This document shows positions 11,801 through 24,796 of a stretch of 64,000 nucleotides of DNA, piece after piece (within the stretch, counting starts at the first letter, position 1; each line of letters opens with the position of its first letter). Under the pieces are notes generated by a model. That model searched no databases. It was not told the DNA's origin and worked only from the letters and a program-made list of their open reading frames with translations. Both the position numbers and the translations under genes were made by a program. Source of the stretch: Antedon mediterranea (taxonomy: Eukaryota > Animalia > Echinodermata). The stretch spans positions 4,804,201 to 4,868,200 of the forward strand of contig NC_092679.1 of NCBI RefSeq assembly GCF_964355755.1, written 5' to 3'.

Positions 11801-14800
11801 ATCAGTAATACTTTGAATAAGTTTGTAGAAGACAAAAAAAACATAAAGCACAGTTATGAGATTTTTTAAGAGATAAAGAGAGAGAATTCCAGAGTTTAGA
11901 TCCAGTGTATACAAGGGTGTTCATTTTAAGACTAGTTCGAGTAAGTGGTAGGTGATACTGATCTTTTTGTCTTGTTTGGTTAGGTGTGGTATTGTTTATT
12001 TTGAGTGAATTTACTGGATATTATGGGTGGTAAGTGTCTGGCGGTTAACTAAAACATGATGACACCAACATTAAATCTATAGAGGTCCTCAATTTTTAAT
12101 ATTTTATTTTTTTGAAAGAGATCTTGGGTGTGCGCACGAAAAGTTGACCCTGAGATAATTATGACAGCTCGTTTCTGGATTAATAAAATGTTAGTAATAA
12201 TTGATTTTGAAGCAGTTCCCCAAGCAAGAACACCATACTTTAAATACGATAAAATAAGAGTAGAATATAAAATATTTAATACTTTTTGAGGAAATATTGA
12301 TTTCAATTTATACATTATGCCAACATTTTATGATAATAATTTGCAAAGGTAATTAACATGGGCTTTCCAGTCAAGTCTGTCGTCAATAAATATACCAAGA
12401 CATTTTGTGCTGGTTATTTGATTAATATGAACATTATCGACAATTTTATCTTTTGGTAACATACTATATTTATTACTAAACAACATGAAATTGGTTTTTA
12501 GCATATTTAGTGATAGCTTGTTTGCATGTAATTAACCTTGTTTAGTTCTTGATTAACGATGTAACAGAGACTCTGGATCATCATGTGTATAAAACAGACT
12601 TAAATCATCCGCAAACAGTATTGACGACATGACATTAGATATATTATTGAAATCATTTGCATAAATTATGAAGAGAAGTAGGCCCAAAATCGAACCCTGT
12701 GGGACACCACATGTAACAGGTCTGCAGCTTGATTCAAAATTATTTAATGATACAAATTGTTGCCTGTCAGAAAGGTAACTTCTAAACCATTTTTTAGCCA
12801 CAACTCTAATTCCATAGTTTGTTAAATTATGCAGTAAGATTTCATGATTACCTCTATCGAAAACTTTGGAGTAGTCGAGGAAAATACCAATTGTATGCAT
12901 ATGATTATCTAAGGCTGATGTAATCATGTCAACGAAGTGTAAAATGGCATGTGACGTAGTGTGCTTTTCTCTAAATCCAAATTGAATGTTTGAAAAAGTC
13001 CTATCTTTTAACACTAGCAGTTCTGAAAATAATACTAAAAAGTGGTCCAGAATTTGGATAGTTGTCCGATTGCCTCCAAAATTTAATGGAGTGGTGCTTG
13101 ACCACATATCTATCTGTTGTTTCAATACATTTTTGAGTAAATCTGCTTACAAACAGACAGACAGACACACGCGATAGATACATATACCTCCTTGGCGGAG
13201 GTGAACAAATCTATAACTTGAGTCACGCTTGCAAAATGATTGTTTTTCCGCTTACCTCGTTCTTTATCATACTAATGATTGCCTCATTTAAACACAACCT
13301 GTGTTATTGGTATGTAAGTACCACTCTAGGCGTTGATTTCAGTTCTGATGATGAGAATTATTAGTATTCTCAAAACATGTCACGGTATTTTTTTTTAGAT
13401 TTGTTTTCTATTTTGTAGGTCTGTATTATGCCATTGGTAAGTGAAGTTAAACATTTTAAAACATTTTCTCGTATACACAATTAAATCTCATCAGTCAAAA
13501 AGTAAGCACAAAGGTACTTTTTTAAAGTTTGACTTTTTGACTTTTTAAAAGGTGAAGAATGTAGTCCCAGTCAATTTCAGTGTAATTTTGGAAACTGCAT
13601 ACCCAAAGGTTATGTATGTGATACAGACAACGATTGCAATGACAACAGCGATGAAATGAATTGTTGTAAGTATTACACCATTCTCTTGGTCTTGGATACA
13701 GTATATAAACAATTAAAAAAAGTGAAAGTGTTATTTTTTACTTCAATTAACGCATCATGGTTTACCGCGAACCTGGTGAATGTGGGACAGTTACTGGTGT
13801 CTTGGGGTAATGAGGTATTGAAACCGCTTTAGGCGGGTAAATTTGCTGCTAGTAATAACATTATTTCATAATATTTTTGTTACAGCGCAGTATGTTTGTA
13901 ATGATGAACAATTCCGATGTTTTAGTGGAGAATGTAAAGCGAAGGCCTTCATGTGTGATGGAATTAAACAGTGCGATGATGGATCGGATGAACTCATATG
14001 CATCAGTAGGTGTAGTCATTCTGTCTTTCGATTTTAAAACATCATCTTTTTAAGAAAATAACTTAGATATATTGTCCCTCTTTTTTTGTTTGTTGTTGTC
14101 GTTGAATATGCAATTTTATGTCCCATAATGTGTGTAACGGTTATGCTCAATGCGCGGATAATTCAGATTAGAATAATTGTCCTCGTGAGTTTACTGTATT
14201 TTAAGTGACATTTAAATTTGTGTCTGTTCTGGGGCTGATGCGGGAGAGGGGAGGGGGGGGGCGGGGGAAGTTGCGAGAGGCCTACGGTAGTAAAATGTAC
14301 TAAGAATTGCCTATGTAAACACGAGGTTGTGGGAACCTGTGTCATCCATAAACTTTCATTTTTTCATTTCATTTATTTATTTCACTTTACAACTATATAC
14401 ACCTAAATATAAAATGGAGGAGCCTAAAAGAAAGTAAAGCTTGTGGTGAATAGGCTCCTCAAAACAAAAAAATAAAATATAAATAATATATAACACAATT
14501 AGAAACTCCAAAAAACAACAATTTAACTAATGTCTTTTCTCTAACACACAAGTTTAACATGTTTAAAACTAAAAAACAAGTAAAAAATAGATTATATAAA
14601 TTATTTTTAAAATACCAAATATGTCATTAATAAAAGAATTTACAAAGAACCTTCAACCAATAATAGTTTAAATTGACGTTTAAATAAAGCACAGTTATGA
14701 GATTTTTTAAGAGATAAAGAGAGAGAATTCCAGAGTTTAGATCCAGTGTATACAAGGGTGTTCATTTTAAGACTATTTCGAGTAAGTGGTAGGTGGATAC

Positions 14801-17800
14801 TGATCTTTTTGTCTTGTTTGGTGAGTGTGGTATTGTTTATTTTGAGTGAATTTACTGGATATTATGGGTGGTAAGTGTTCGGCGGTTAATTAAAACATGA
14901 TGACACCAACATTAGATCTATAGAGGTCCTCAATTTTTAATATTTTATTTTTTTGAAAGAGATCTTGGGTGTGCGCACGAAAAGTTGACCCTGAGATAAT
15001 TATGACAGCTCGTTTCTGGATTAATAAAATGTTAGTAATAATTGATTTTGAAGCAGTTCCCCAAGCAAGAACACCATACTTTAAATACGATAAAATAAGA
15101 GTAGAATATAAAATATTTAATACTTTTTGAGGAAATATTGATTTCAATTTATACATTATGCCAACATTTTATGATAATAATTTGCAAAGGTAATTAACAT
15201 GGGCTTTCCAGTCAAGTCTGTCGTCAATAAATATACCAAGACATTTTGTGCTGGTTATTTGATTAATATCAATTCATCATCATCGACATTTTTATTCCAT
15301 AATCAAAATAAAAACATATACAAATACAATACAAATAATACGATAATGGAATGGGATACAAAATAAGCACAAGTGCTTTAAGCATGTAACCCTAACAAAA
15401 AGATCAAACAATTAGTACAAACAAAAAGAACAAACCAAAATAACATAATGTGGTTTACTTAACTTAAATATTTCTATTGTTATAATATTGCTTTAATCTC
15501 TGTTTAAACAAACTTAAAGTGGGGGATTGTTTTATATAGTCTGTTAAATTGTTCCAAATATGTGTTCCTTGGTAGGAAATACATTGCTGTCCGACTTTGG
15601 TGCGTTTTAGTTGTGGACAGTAGTTTGACCTGTTTCTAGTTGAGTAATTATGGAATGAGGCAGATGTACTAAATAAGTTATTAAATGATTCAGGTAATAG
15701 ATTATGTTTATATTGATACATAAATATAGCAGTGTGTTTCGTATAAAGGTCAAAAATATTTAATGTTTGGGTCGAGATAAAAAGTGGATGAGAAGGATGC
15801 ATAAAATGAACATGACAAATATTTCTAAGTGCTTTTTTCTGGAGAATATGTATACGGTTTAAGTTTGTAGCAGAAGTAGCACCCCATACTGTGATAGCAT
15901 ACGTTATTCTAGGTAATATAAGTGCATTGTATACCGTTAACAAGATTTTACTTGATAACATAGATTTCACTTTGTTTAAGACATTATTCTAGAAATACTG
16001 TTTGCTACCTCATTTACATGAAAATTAAACGATTAAGTTTCATCCAGAAATAAGCCTAGAAATTTAACTTCAGTAGCTTTTAAACATCATAAAATTGGTT
16101 TTTAGCATATTTAGTGATAGCTTGTTTGCATGTAACCTTGTTTAGTTCTTGATTAACGATGTCACAGAGACTCTGGATCATCATGTGAATAAAACAGACT
16201 TAAATCATCCGCAAACAGTATTGACGACATGACATTAGATATATTATTGAAATCATTTGCATAAATTATGAAGAGAAGTAGGCCCAAAATCGAACCCTGT
16301 GGGACACCACATGTAACAGGTCTGCAGCTTGATTCAAAATTATTTAATGATACAAATTGTTGCCTGTCAGAAAAGGTAACTTCTAAACCATTTTTGAGCC
16401 ACTCCTCTAATTCCATAGTTTGTTAATTTATGTAGTAAGATTTCAGGATTAACTGTATCGAAAGTTTTGGAGTAATCGAGGAAAACACCAATTGTATGCA
16501 TAATGATTATCTAAGGCTGATGTAATCATGTCAAAGATGTGTAAAATGGCATGTGAAGTAGTGTGCTTTTCTCTAAATCCAAATTGAATGTTTGAAAAAG
16601 TCCTATCTTTTAACACTAGCAGTTCTAAAAATAATACTAAAAAGTCGTCCAGAATTTGGATAGTTGTCCGAATGCCTCCAAAATTTTATGGAGTGGTCCT
16701 TGACCCCATATCTATCTGTAGTTTCAATACATTTTTGAATAAGTCTGCTAACAAACAGACAGACAGACACACGCGATAGATAGATAAATCCTTGGCGGAG
16801 GTGAACAAATCTATAACTTAGAGTCACGCTTGTAAAATAATTGTTTTTCCGCTTACCTCGTTCTTTATCATACTAATGATTGCCTCATTTAAATACAACC
16901 TGTGTTATTGGTATGTAAGTACTCTAGGCGTTGATTTCAGTTCTGATGATGAGAATTATTAGTATTCTCAAAACATGTCACGGTATTTTAAGGCACATTG
17001 CCTATATTCATCAAAGGCCTCACAATTTTGATTGATACATTAATACTTCCATAAAGTATAATCTTTTTGAGATAAATTGGGTTTTTTTGAGTCTCTATTT
17101 TTGGCAATATTTTGAAAACAATAATAATATAATAATAATAATAATAAATACTTTATTTTAACACGGAAAAGCTTGTGTCACCATAAAGGTGTTCTTCTAC
17201 AAGGCCGTGATCAACTAACAGTAGTACATTACACATTTAAAAATAACAAATTTTTAAAAATAACAAATTTCAAAAATAACAAATTTTAAAAATAACAAAT
17301 TAGAGAACAAAAATATATGAACAGAAACCTTAATTACATTTGTGATAAGAGTACAAAATAAATAATAAATCACACCAATAATTTGTTGAAAGTATTCAAA
17401 TTTGTGGCATTTTGCATTGGTTTTTTTAGAGTATTCCATAAACTAGCACCATGATATGAAAAACTTTTTTTTTTATATTCTGTTTTGGGTTTATTCAATT
17501 TTAATACATCCTTTGATCTTGTATTGTATGTGTCTAGTTTGGGTGTAAATAGTTCGTTTAGATATGGTGGTGCTTGATTATGGAATATTTTATATAACAT
17601 TTTGGCTTCATTATTATGTAGTTGAGTATTAAGATTTATCCAGTTTAAGTTTTGCAGGGCTTGTGTACTTGAGTCGTATTTCCTTGTTTTTGTAATAATT
17701 TTGGCTGCTCTGTTTTGTAGCATTTGTAGTTTATTAGTATTTTTTTTATTTGATCTGCCCCACACAATATTACAATAGTTAAACTGTGGAGAGATAATAC

Positions 17801-20800
17801 TATTATACATTAAGCAAGATACATGTTTTGGGACGAGGTTTGAAGATTTTTTTAAGTAGTACAAGCCTGGCAATACTTTACTTTTAACATTATCTATTTG
17901 TTTATCCCACAGTAAATATTCATCAATAACAACACCTAGATGTTTACAGCTTTTTACTCTTTGTAGCCGAATATTGTCTATGTTTAAATTTAGATCAATG
18001 TTTGCTAATTTTGCAAGCCTTTGTTGTGTTCCTATAAACATACACTGAGTTTTATTTACATTTAGACTAAGCTTGTTACTTGCTAGCCATGATTTGATTT
18101 TTTTTAAATCTTCATTAATTTTTGCAAGTACTTCATTTATATCAGAAGATGCAAAGTAAAGAGCTGTATCATCTGCATACATACTAATCTGTACACTATT
18201 TACATGCTTTGGTAGATCATTTACATAAAGTATAAATAAGAGTGGTCCCAAAATTGATCCTTGGGGGATTCCACAATTACTATAGCATTTATCTGATCGG
18301 ACACCATTTACTTGTGTTAAGTGCGTACGATCACAAAGATAGTCTTTAAACCAATTTATAATAGAGACATCTAAGTTAAATGATTTAAGCTTGTCTATAA
18401 GTATGGTATGGTCTACCGTGTCGAAAGCTTTTTTCAGATCAAGCATGACTAAACCTATATACTTCCCACAATCAATATCATTTATCCAATCTTCTGTAAT
18501 GTTTAATAATGAAGATACAGTAGAGAAATTAGGACGAAATCCTGATTGGTAAGCATAAATCATATTTTTTGAGTTAATAAATTGATAGACCTGATCAAAT
18601 ACAACCCTCTCGATAATTTTAGAAAGAATCGGTAAAATTGATATGGGTCTGTAGTTGCTAGCTTCAGTCCTATCTCCCCCCTTAAACACTGGGCATATTT
18701 TGGCACATTTCCATCTTTTTGGAAAAGTACTGGTTGAGAGTGAGAGATTTACCAAATAAGTGAGAGGTCCAACGATTTGATCAATAACCAACTTCAGCAT
18801 TTTAGCTGGAAGCTCATCTAAGCCTGTCGCTTTACTAACATCGAGTGCGTTTAATTGTTTATAAATATATTCCTGATTAACAAAACTAAATTTAAGTAGG
18901 TCCCTACTTTGATTAGTATTATTTACAATAAGTAATCTAGGAATTTCTGGTGGGATGTTTTTTGCAAGGTCAGGTCCTATTTTAGAAAAATATTTGTTTA
19001 AATTGTTGGCTATTTTAGAAGAGTCTGCTGTTAGTTTGTTATCATTTGTTTTTAAGTTTGATATTTCAGTGTTTATACTCTTTGCTGGGACAATATATCT
19101 TAAAGTTTCCCATATTTTCTTTGAATCTTTTGTATCTAATTGTTTAGAAAAATATTCTTTTTTACATTTCTTTATTTCAGCATTTACCTTATTTTTACTT
19201 AGTTTGTATTGAGCCCACATTTCAGGTGTATTAGTTTTAGATGCTTTCTTTTTTAGTACATCACGCTCACGCATAGACCTAACTAGATCATCTGTTAGCC
19301 AAGGACTAGTTTTGTTTCGCACCCTCTTCTTTTTTAGCGGGGCATAATCATTAGCAATTTTAAGAAAATTAGATTCGAAAAAATATGTAGCGTCATCAAT
19401 ATCATTATAATGTTGAATTTCTTGCCAGTTTATTTTTTCAATATCCCTTTTAAATTCATTTTCATTAAAATGTTTGTAGTTTCTACTTGTTTTATATTTA
19501 TGCTTATGAGCTTTACACTTTTCTTGTTTACCAACAATTACATAGATAGCAGAATGGTCACTGATACCTGTATGTAAAACACCTGATTTGGAGATACTAT
19601 TAGGAACTGTTGTGTAAATATGGTCTATTAAAGTACTACTATTTTCTGTGATTCTCGTTGGCTCAGTTATTAATTGAGTTAGATGAAAATTTTTAGCAAT
19701 ATCAATTAATTTTTTAGTATAACAAGATAGGTTTTTAGAATGAGTGTCACAATTTACATCCCCAATTATCATATATTCTAAATTTGTACTTTCAACATTC
19801 TCTAGTACTTTTTCTATTCTCTCAAAGATCTGCATATCAGAATTTGGGGGTCTATACCATGATAAAAGGAGGAATGGTTTTGAATTTAGTTGTTTAATTT
19901 CAATAATAGACATTTCCAAATGTTCATTCATAAGATCTGGTCTTAACTTATGAGTAGTCTTCCCGTTGCGATTTAAGTACACAGCAACTCCTCCACCTTC
20001 CCTGTTACGATCTTTACGATAGAGATCATAGCCATTTATACGTACATCATTATTACTAATAGTATAATCAAGGCGAGTTTCATTTAAAGATATAACATCA
20101 ATTTCATTATTTTCTATAATGTGTTTAAAATTGTCAAAATTACCTATAAGTGAAACAATGTTAAGACTTAAAATACTTAGACCATGTTTTTGAAATATTG
20201 AACAGTCTTCAGTGAAAACATCCGTTGTACCGGTTACATCTTGAATCGAGTTGTTAGTTTCAAATAAGAGCGGTAGGTTTAACGTTTCGTTTAAAATATT
20301 GTTACTGTAAATGTCTTTTATTTTCACGGCCCTATCTTCATTGCCATCTTTTCATTGTTGTTGTAATAAACAAAATTTAGCCTTGTGGCCATCCTCTTGG
20401 CAGTACCAACATTGGAGCGGTTTCCTATGTCGACAAATACGGCGAATATGTCCATTTTCTCCACAGAAATGACAAGAAGCAATAGATGAAGTTAGTTCTG
20501 TTTGGCGGGTGTTTGTTTTTAAGATTGTCACACTAGAGTTTATGCTTTTGATGAGTGCAGTTGTTCCACGTTCATTAAGGTGAAGTCCATGTCTTGTAAA
20601 TTTCGAGGTGTCAAGTCCAAATGGTGATAGGAATGCCTTAAAGTTATCTATGAAGCAATCTTTGAAGTTCGCTTTTAGCATTTCATTAGTTTGTAGTACA
20701 TGTAGATTTAGTTGAGGGTTGTCTAGTCTTGGGCATAAACCAGATACATAAACCTTTCCTGTTTGGAAAATAATGCTATGTTAATATAAAAATGATTCTT

Positions 20801-23800
20801 CGTTAATAACAATTAAATGAACACGTGCAACTTTTAATTGTTCATAACGGTTGGCATTTTCAAATGTTGCTTGTATTTAAGAACAGACTGAATTACAAAA
20901 CATCAGATATAAGACTAGGCGTATACAATTGAAGTGGGTTTTTGGCAATTTAACGTTATTTTATCTTTAGACAAAATCAGGTGTGCGTATCGCATCTATT
21001 TTGTACGCGTGTGTGACGTCAGAATGTCGAGATTTAGATTTGTTTTCTTCTTCTTCGTATTAGGAGCCAACTTCACATGTGAAGACTCTGCTCCTCCAAC
21101 TCTGTTTTGCTAGCTCTACTGTATTTGGTTGTGTATTATTGTTCTATTTAGTTATTCTTTTACATTTTGTAGGTCTGTATTTTGCCATTGGTAAGTGAAG
21201 TTAAACATTTAAAAACATTTTCTCGTATACACAATTAAATCTCATCAGTCAAAAAGTAAGCACAAAGGTACTATTTTAAAGTTTGACTTTTTGACTTTTT
21301 AAAAGGTGAAGAATGTCCCAGTCCCAGTAAATTTCAGTGTAATTTTGGAAACTGCATACCCAAAGGTTATGTATGTGATACAGACAACGATTGCAATGAC
21401 AACAGCGATGAAATGAATTGTTGTAAGTATTACACCACTCTCTTGATTAAGGATACAGTATATAAACATTTAAAAAAAAGTGAAAGTGTTATTTTTTACT
21501 TCAATTTTAGGAATCGCATCATAGTTTACCGCGAACCTGGTGAATGTGGGGATAAAGATACAGTACTGGTGTCTTGGGGTCATGTGTGATATATGTGTTA
21601 TACAACTTTATATTTATAATCCGTATGAATTAAAATGTTTGGATAATATATCAATGCTTTAAATGTGATGACGTCATTAAATATAATGACCATTCAGATA
21701 AGAAGAATTGTTGTAAAACTTGATATTTTGAAATTGCATTGTAAAATTTAGTAAATATTTACAAAAGTTTCATTTTTTAAATACCACGTAACCAAGTATT
21801 TGAAGATACTAGCCTCTACAACACTGCAACTACTGACAGCAGCTTGAATGATGTTTCTACCCAACAAACCTCATTAAATCCGAAGGACAACCTCTACAGC
21901 ACTAAACTAGCAGTAACGACAGGATCACGTTCAATTGACAGTGAGTATTCAAAACAAAAAATAAATGCTACATAATAAATCTATACCAATCTATAGGCCT
22001 ACTATATACATGTATTTTCATGACTAAATATATTGAGTAGTTTGTATAGTATTCCAAAATAATTGCTGCATACAAAAAATATATCAGTAATACTTTGAAT
22101 AAGTTTGTAGAAGACGAAAAAACATAATACGTTGATTGTAGATTTACCCGAAGATAAAAGTAAAGCATCACCACTATCGAATTCACTTCTTGGTGGTACC
22201 ATCGACACAACAAATTCGAATGAACTTTCTACCGAACAACTAACTTCGATCTCAAATTTTTGAAACAGTTAAAGAAATTGACAATCTCGATGTCAATACT
22301 GACATAACAGAGACTGTCGATGATATTATAACCATAGAAAGTTCTCTCAACTGACACTAAGTATCAATCAACAATCTATCAAACCACAAGTTACCCCTTT
22401 TCTCATTTTTGCACCGTATAATTTTATTTTTCAGTCAATGTTGAAGCTAAATCGCCGACTTTTACTTCTATTATTATTTCTGAAACAACAAAAGTTTCGA
22501 CTGCGGCTAAAGGCAGTGTCAAAGGTCAGTAAAGAAAAAAGACAAGTAAAAATAAGTACGTACGTAAATTAAACATAATTGTAATAGGGTACTTTCAGTT
22601 TTCTTAATTTGTATTTACTTATTAATCAACTGATCATCAGACTATGATCTAATTGAATTTAAATGGGTAGGCCCACTCCAGTGTCTAGTGTACTCCATAT
22701 AACCTAACTTTGTGAACCCATAGAGCTCCGGAGAAGGTTTTCGAAAATATAGGCCTAACTAATCAATTTTTCAGACGGACCATACACACTTGTTGGAAGA
22801 TTGACAGAAGCAGAACAATTAATTAAACGGAAAACTGTGTAAGTTAAATCACTAACGATTGACTAAATTATAATAAAAGAAAATACATTTATCTTTTACT
22901 CTACCACCTAGATCCTCAACATTTTAATATAGGCCTACTTAAAAAATAAACAAATTTTTTTTCAGTCAAGGAGAATTTCTTCCAAGCGCCTCCGACATTG
23001 TGGAAGTTATCGTTTACGACAAAAATAACAAGTCTATTAGTACGGAATGCGAGATTGTGTTCAATAATATTACGGTAAAACGAAATTTCCAAAACAAATT
23101 TCAACTAAAAAGTATGTTGAACTTTGGTACATTTTAAATCATTAAAAAAATGTTAACTTAAGAGGGCAGCGAAGATTTGACAATTTCTAATTGAAACAAC
23201 ACTACGCATTATTTTACTATTTTAAAATAATATGATTATATACAAATAATGAATGTATATATCCGTGGAATGGTACTTTAGTGAGTTTGTTACTTACCCA
23301 CTATTACTGTGTTAGTTGCGAGTGTGTGTTGGGTTCAGTATATTCTGATTTGGCTCCGTAACTATATATTTCAATATTATTTTCTTCTATCTTTCTTGTA
23401 AAGTAACAAAACAACGTAGTGTACGGTATAGTAACAATGCAGCCTGCTTGCTCGACGGTCCGTAGTAGAGAGAGCGAGACAAAGAAAAAAGGTTTTCTAA
23501 GAATGCAGAACGTAACACTGCTGATTGATATGCAAATACTGCCTCTACAGTACAAATAATGGCATGAGTTTAATGATGAAAGGCTATATTTCAACTCGGC
23601 GCGATAATAAACATTCATTATTTGTTTTATATAATTATATATATATAATTATATATATATATTATGTAATTTTGTGACTTATATATGTTATCCTTTGTTA
23701 CAATTCTTTTCACCTGATGATGGGCTATGCCCGAAACATGTCGTTAAAATAAATCTATATTGAGGCAGTTTTAACTTATTTGATCTTGATTTTTTTCTAT

Positions 23801-23822
23801 ATCCTGCCTATGCAGCTCTTTG

Positions 23823-23870
<48 letters not shown>

Positions 23871-24735
23871 CATACTGTAAATTATAGAAACAGTGCTCAT
23901 ATTCGGAACATGATCTCATAATCGCGTCGAGCATAGCTCATTGGCGAAAGTTCCGTATTTTTTAGTTGTATGAAAAAATGTCTCTGGCTGGATTCGAACC
24001 TGCAACCTCTCGCTTACAGGGCGAGTATCATACCACTAGACCACAGAGCCATGTATGGTATTATCACAGATTTTCACCCACCAGATACATTCTCTCATAC
24101 AACAAACGCCCTCACAATCAGTGGAGGCTTAACAAGTCAGAATAAATTCCAACTTTAATTCGCAACGGTTTTTTAAATATTATTGTGTATATGTAAATCA
24201 ATGATGTTGCGTAGCACTGTGTAAATTATATATAAATCATACTGTAAATTATAGAAACAGTGCTCATATTCGGAACATGATCTCATAATCGCGTCGAGCA
24301 TAGCTCATTGGCGAAAGTTCCGTATTTTTTAGTTGTATGAAAAAATGTCTCTGGCTGGATTCGAACCTGCAACCTCTCGCTTACAGGGCGAGTATCATAC
24401 CACTAGACCACAGAGCCATGTATGGTATTATCACAGATTTTCACCCACCAGATACATTCTCTCATACAACAAACGCCCTCACAATCAGTGGAGGCTTAAC
24501 AAGTCAGAATAAATTCCAACTAGTGGTCTAGTGGTATGATACTCGCCCTGTAAGCGAGAGGTTGCAGGTTCGAATCCAGCCAGAGACATTTTTTCATACA
24601 ACTAAAAAATACGGAACTTTCGCCAATGAGCTATGCTCGACGCGATTATGAGATCATGTTCCGAATATGAGCACTGTTTCTATAATTTACAGTATGATTT
24701 ATATATAATTTACACAGTGCTACGCAACATCATTG

Positions 24736-24796
<61 letters not shown>

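Larger units (their letters stand above)
17128..20768 (-). mobile_element. Young 5'-truncated non-LTR retrotransposon (CR1/L2/Crack/Daphne group) inserted in the unit-4 upstream region
   Basis: (TTA)n tail; probable AATAAT target duplication; the empty site GAAAACAATAATAATGCTATG is seen at ~10603. Confidence 0.92.
8314..22128 (+). repeat. Four-fold segmental duplication of gene A promoter, signal exon and first LDLa exon
   Basis: GATTGTTTTTCCGCTTACCTCG-type upstream sequence recurs at ~8314, 10321, 13238 and 16840. Units 1 and 3 carry a second LDLa exon followed by a LINE; units 2 and 4 carry a dead LDLa and a Ser/Thr exon relic. Confidence 0.92.

Noticed and set aside
12553-13125. 190-aa ORF as a novel fusion protein
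   Set aside because: Chance read-through from a HINE-like element into a decayed RT fragment.
23979-24050. Functional tRNA-Thr(TGT) gene
   Set aside because: Pro-like body, mismatches in acceptor and T stems, atypical anticodon loop, embedded in a repeat; treated as SINE head or pseudo-tRNA.
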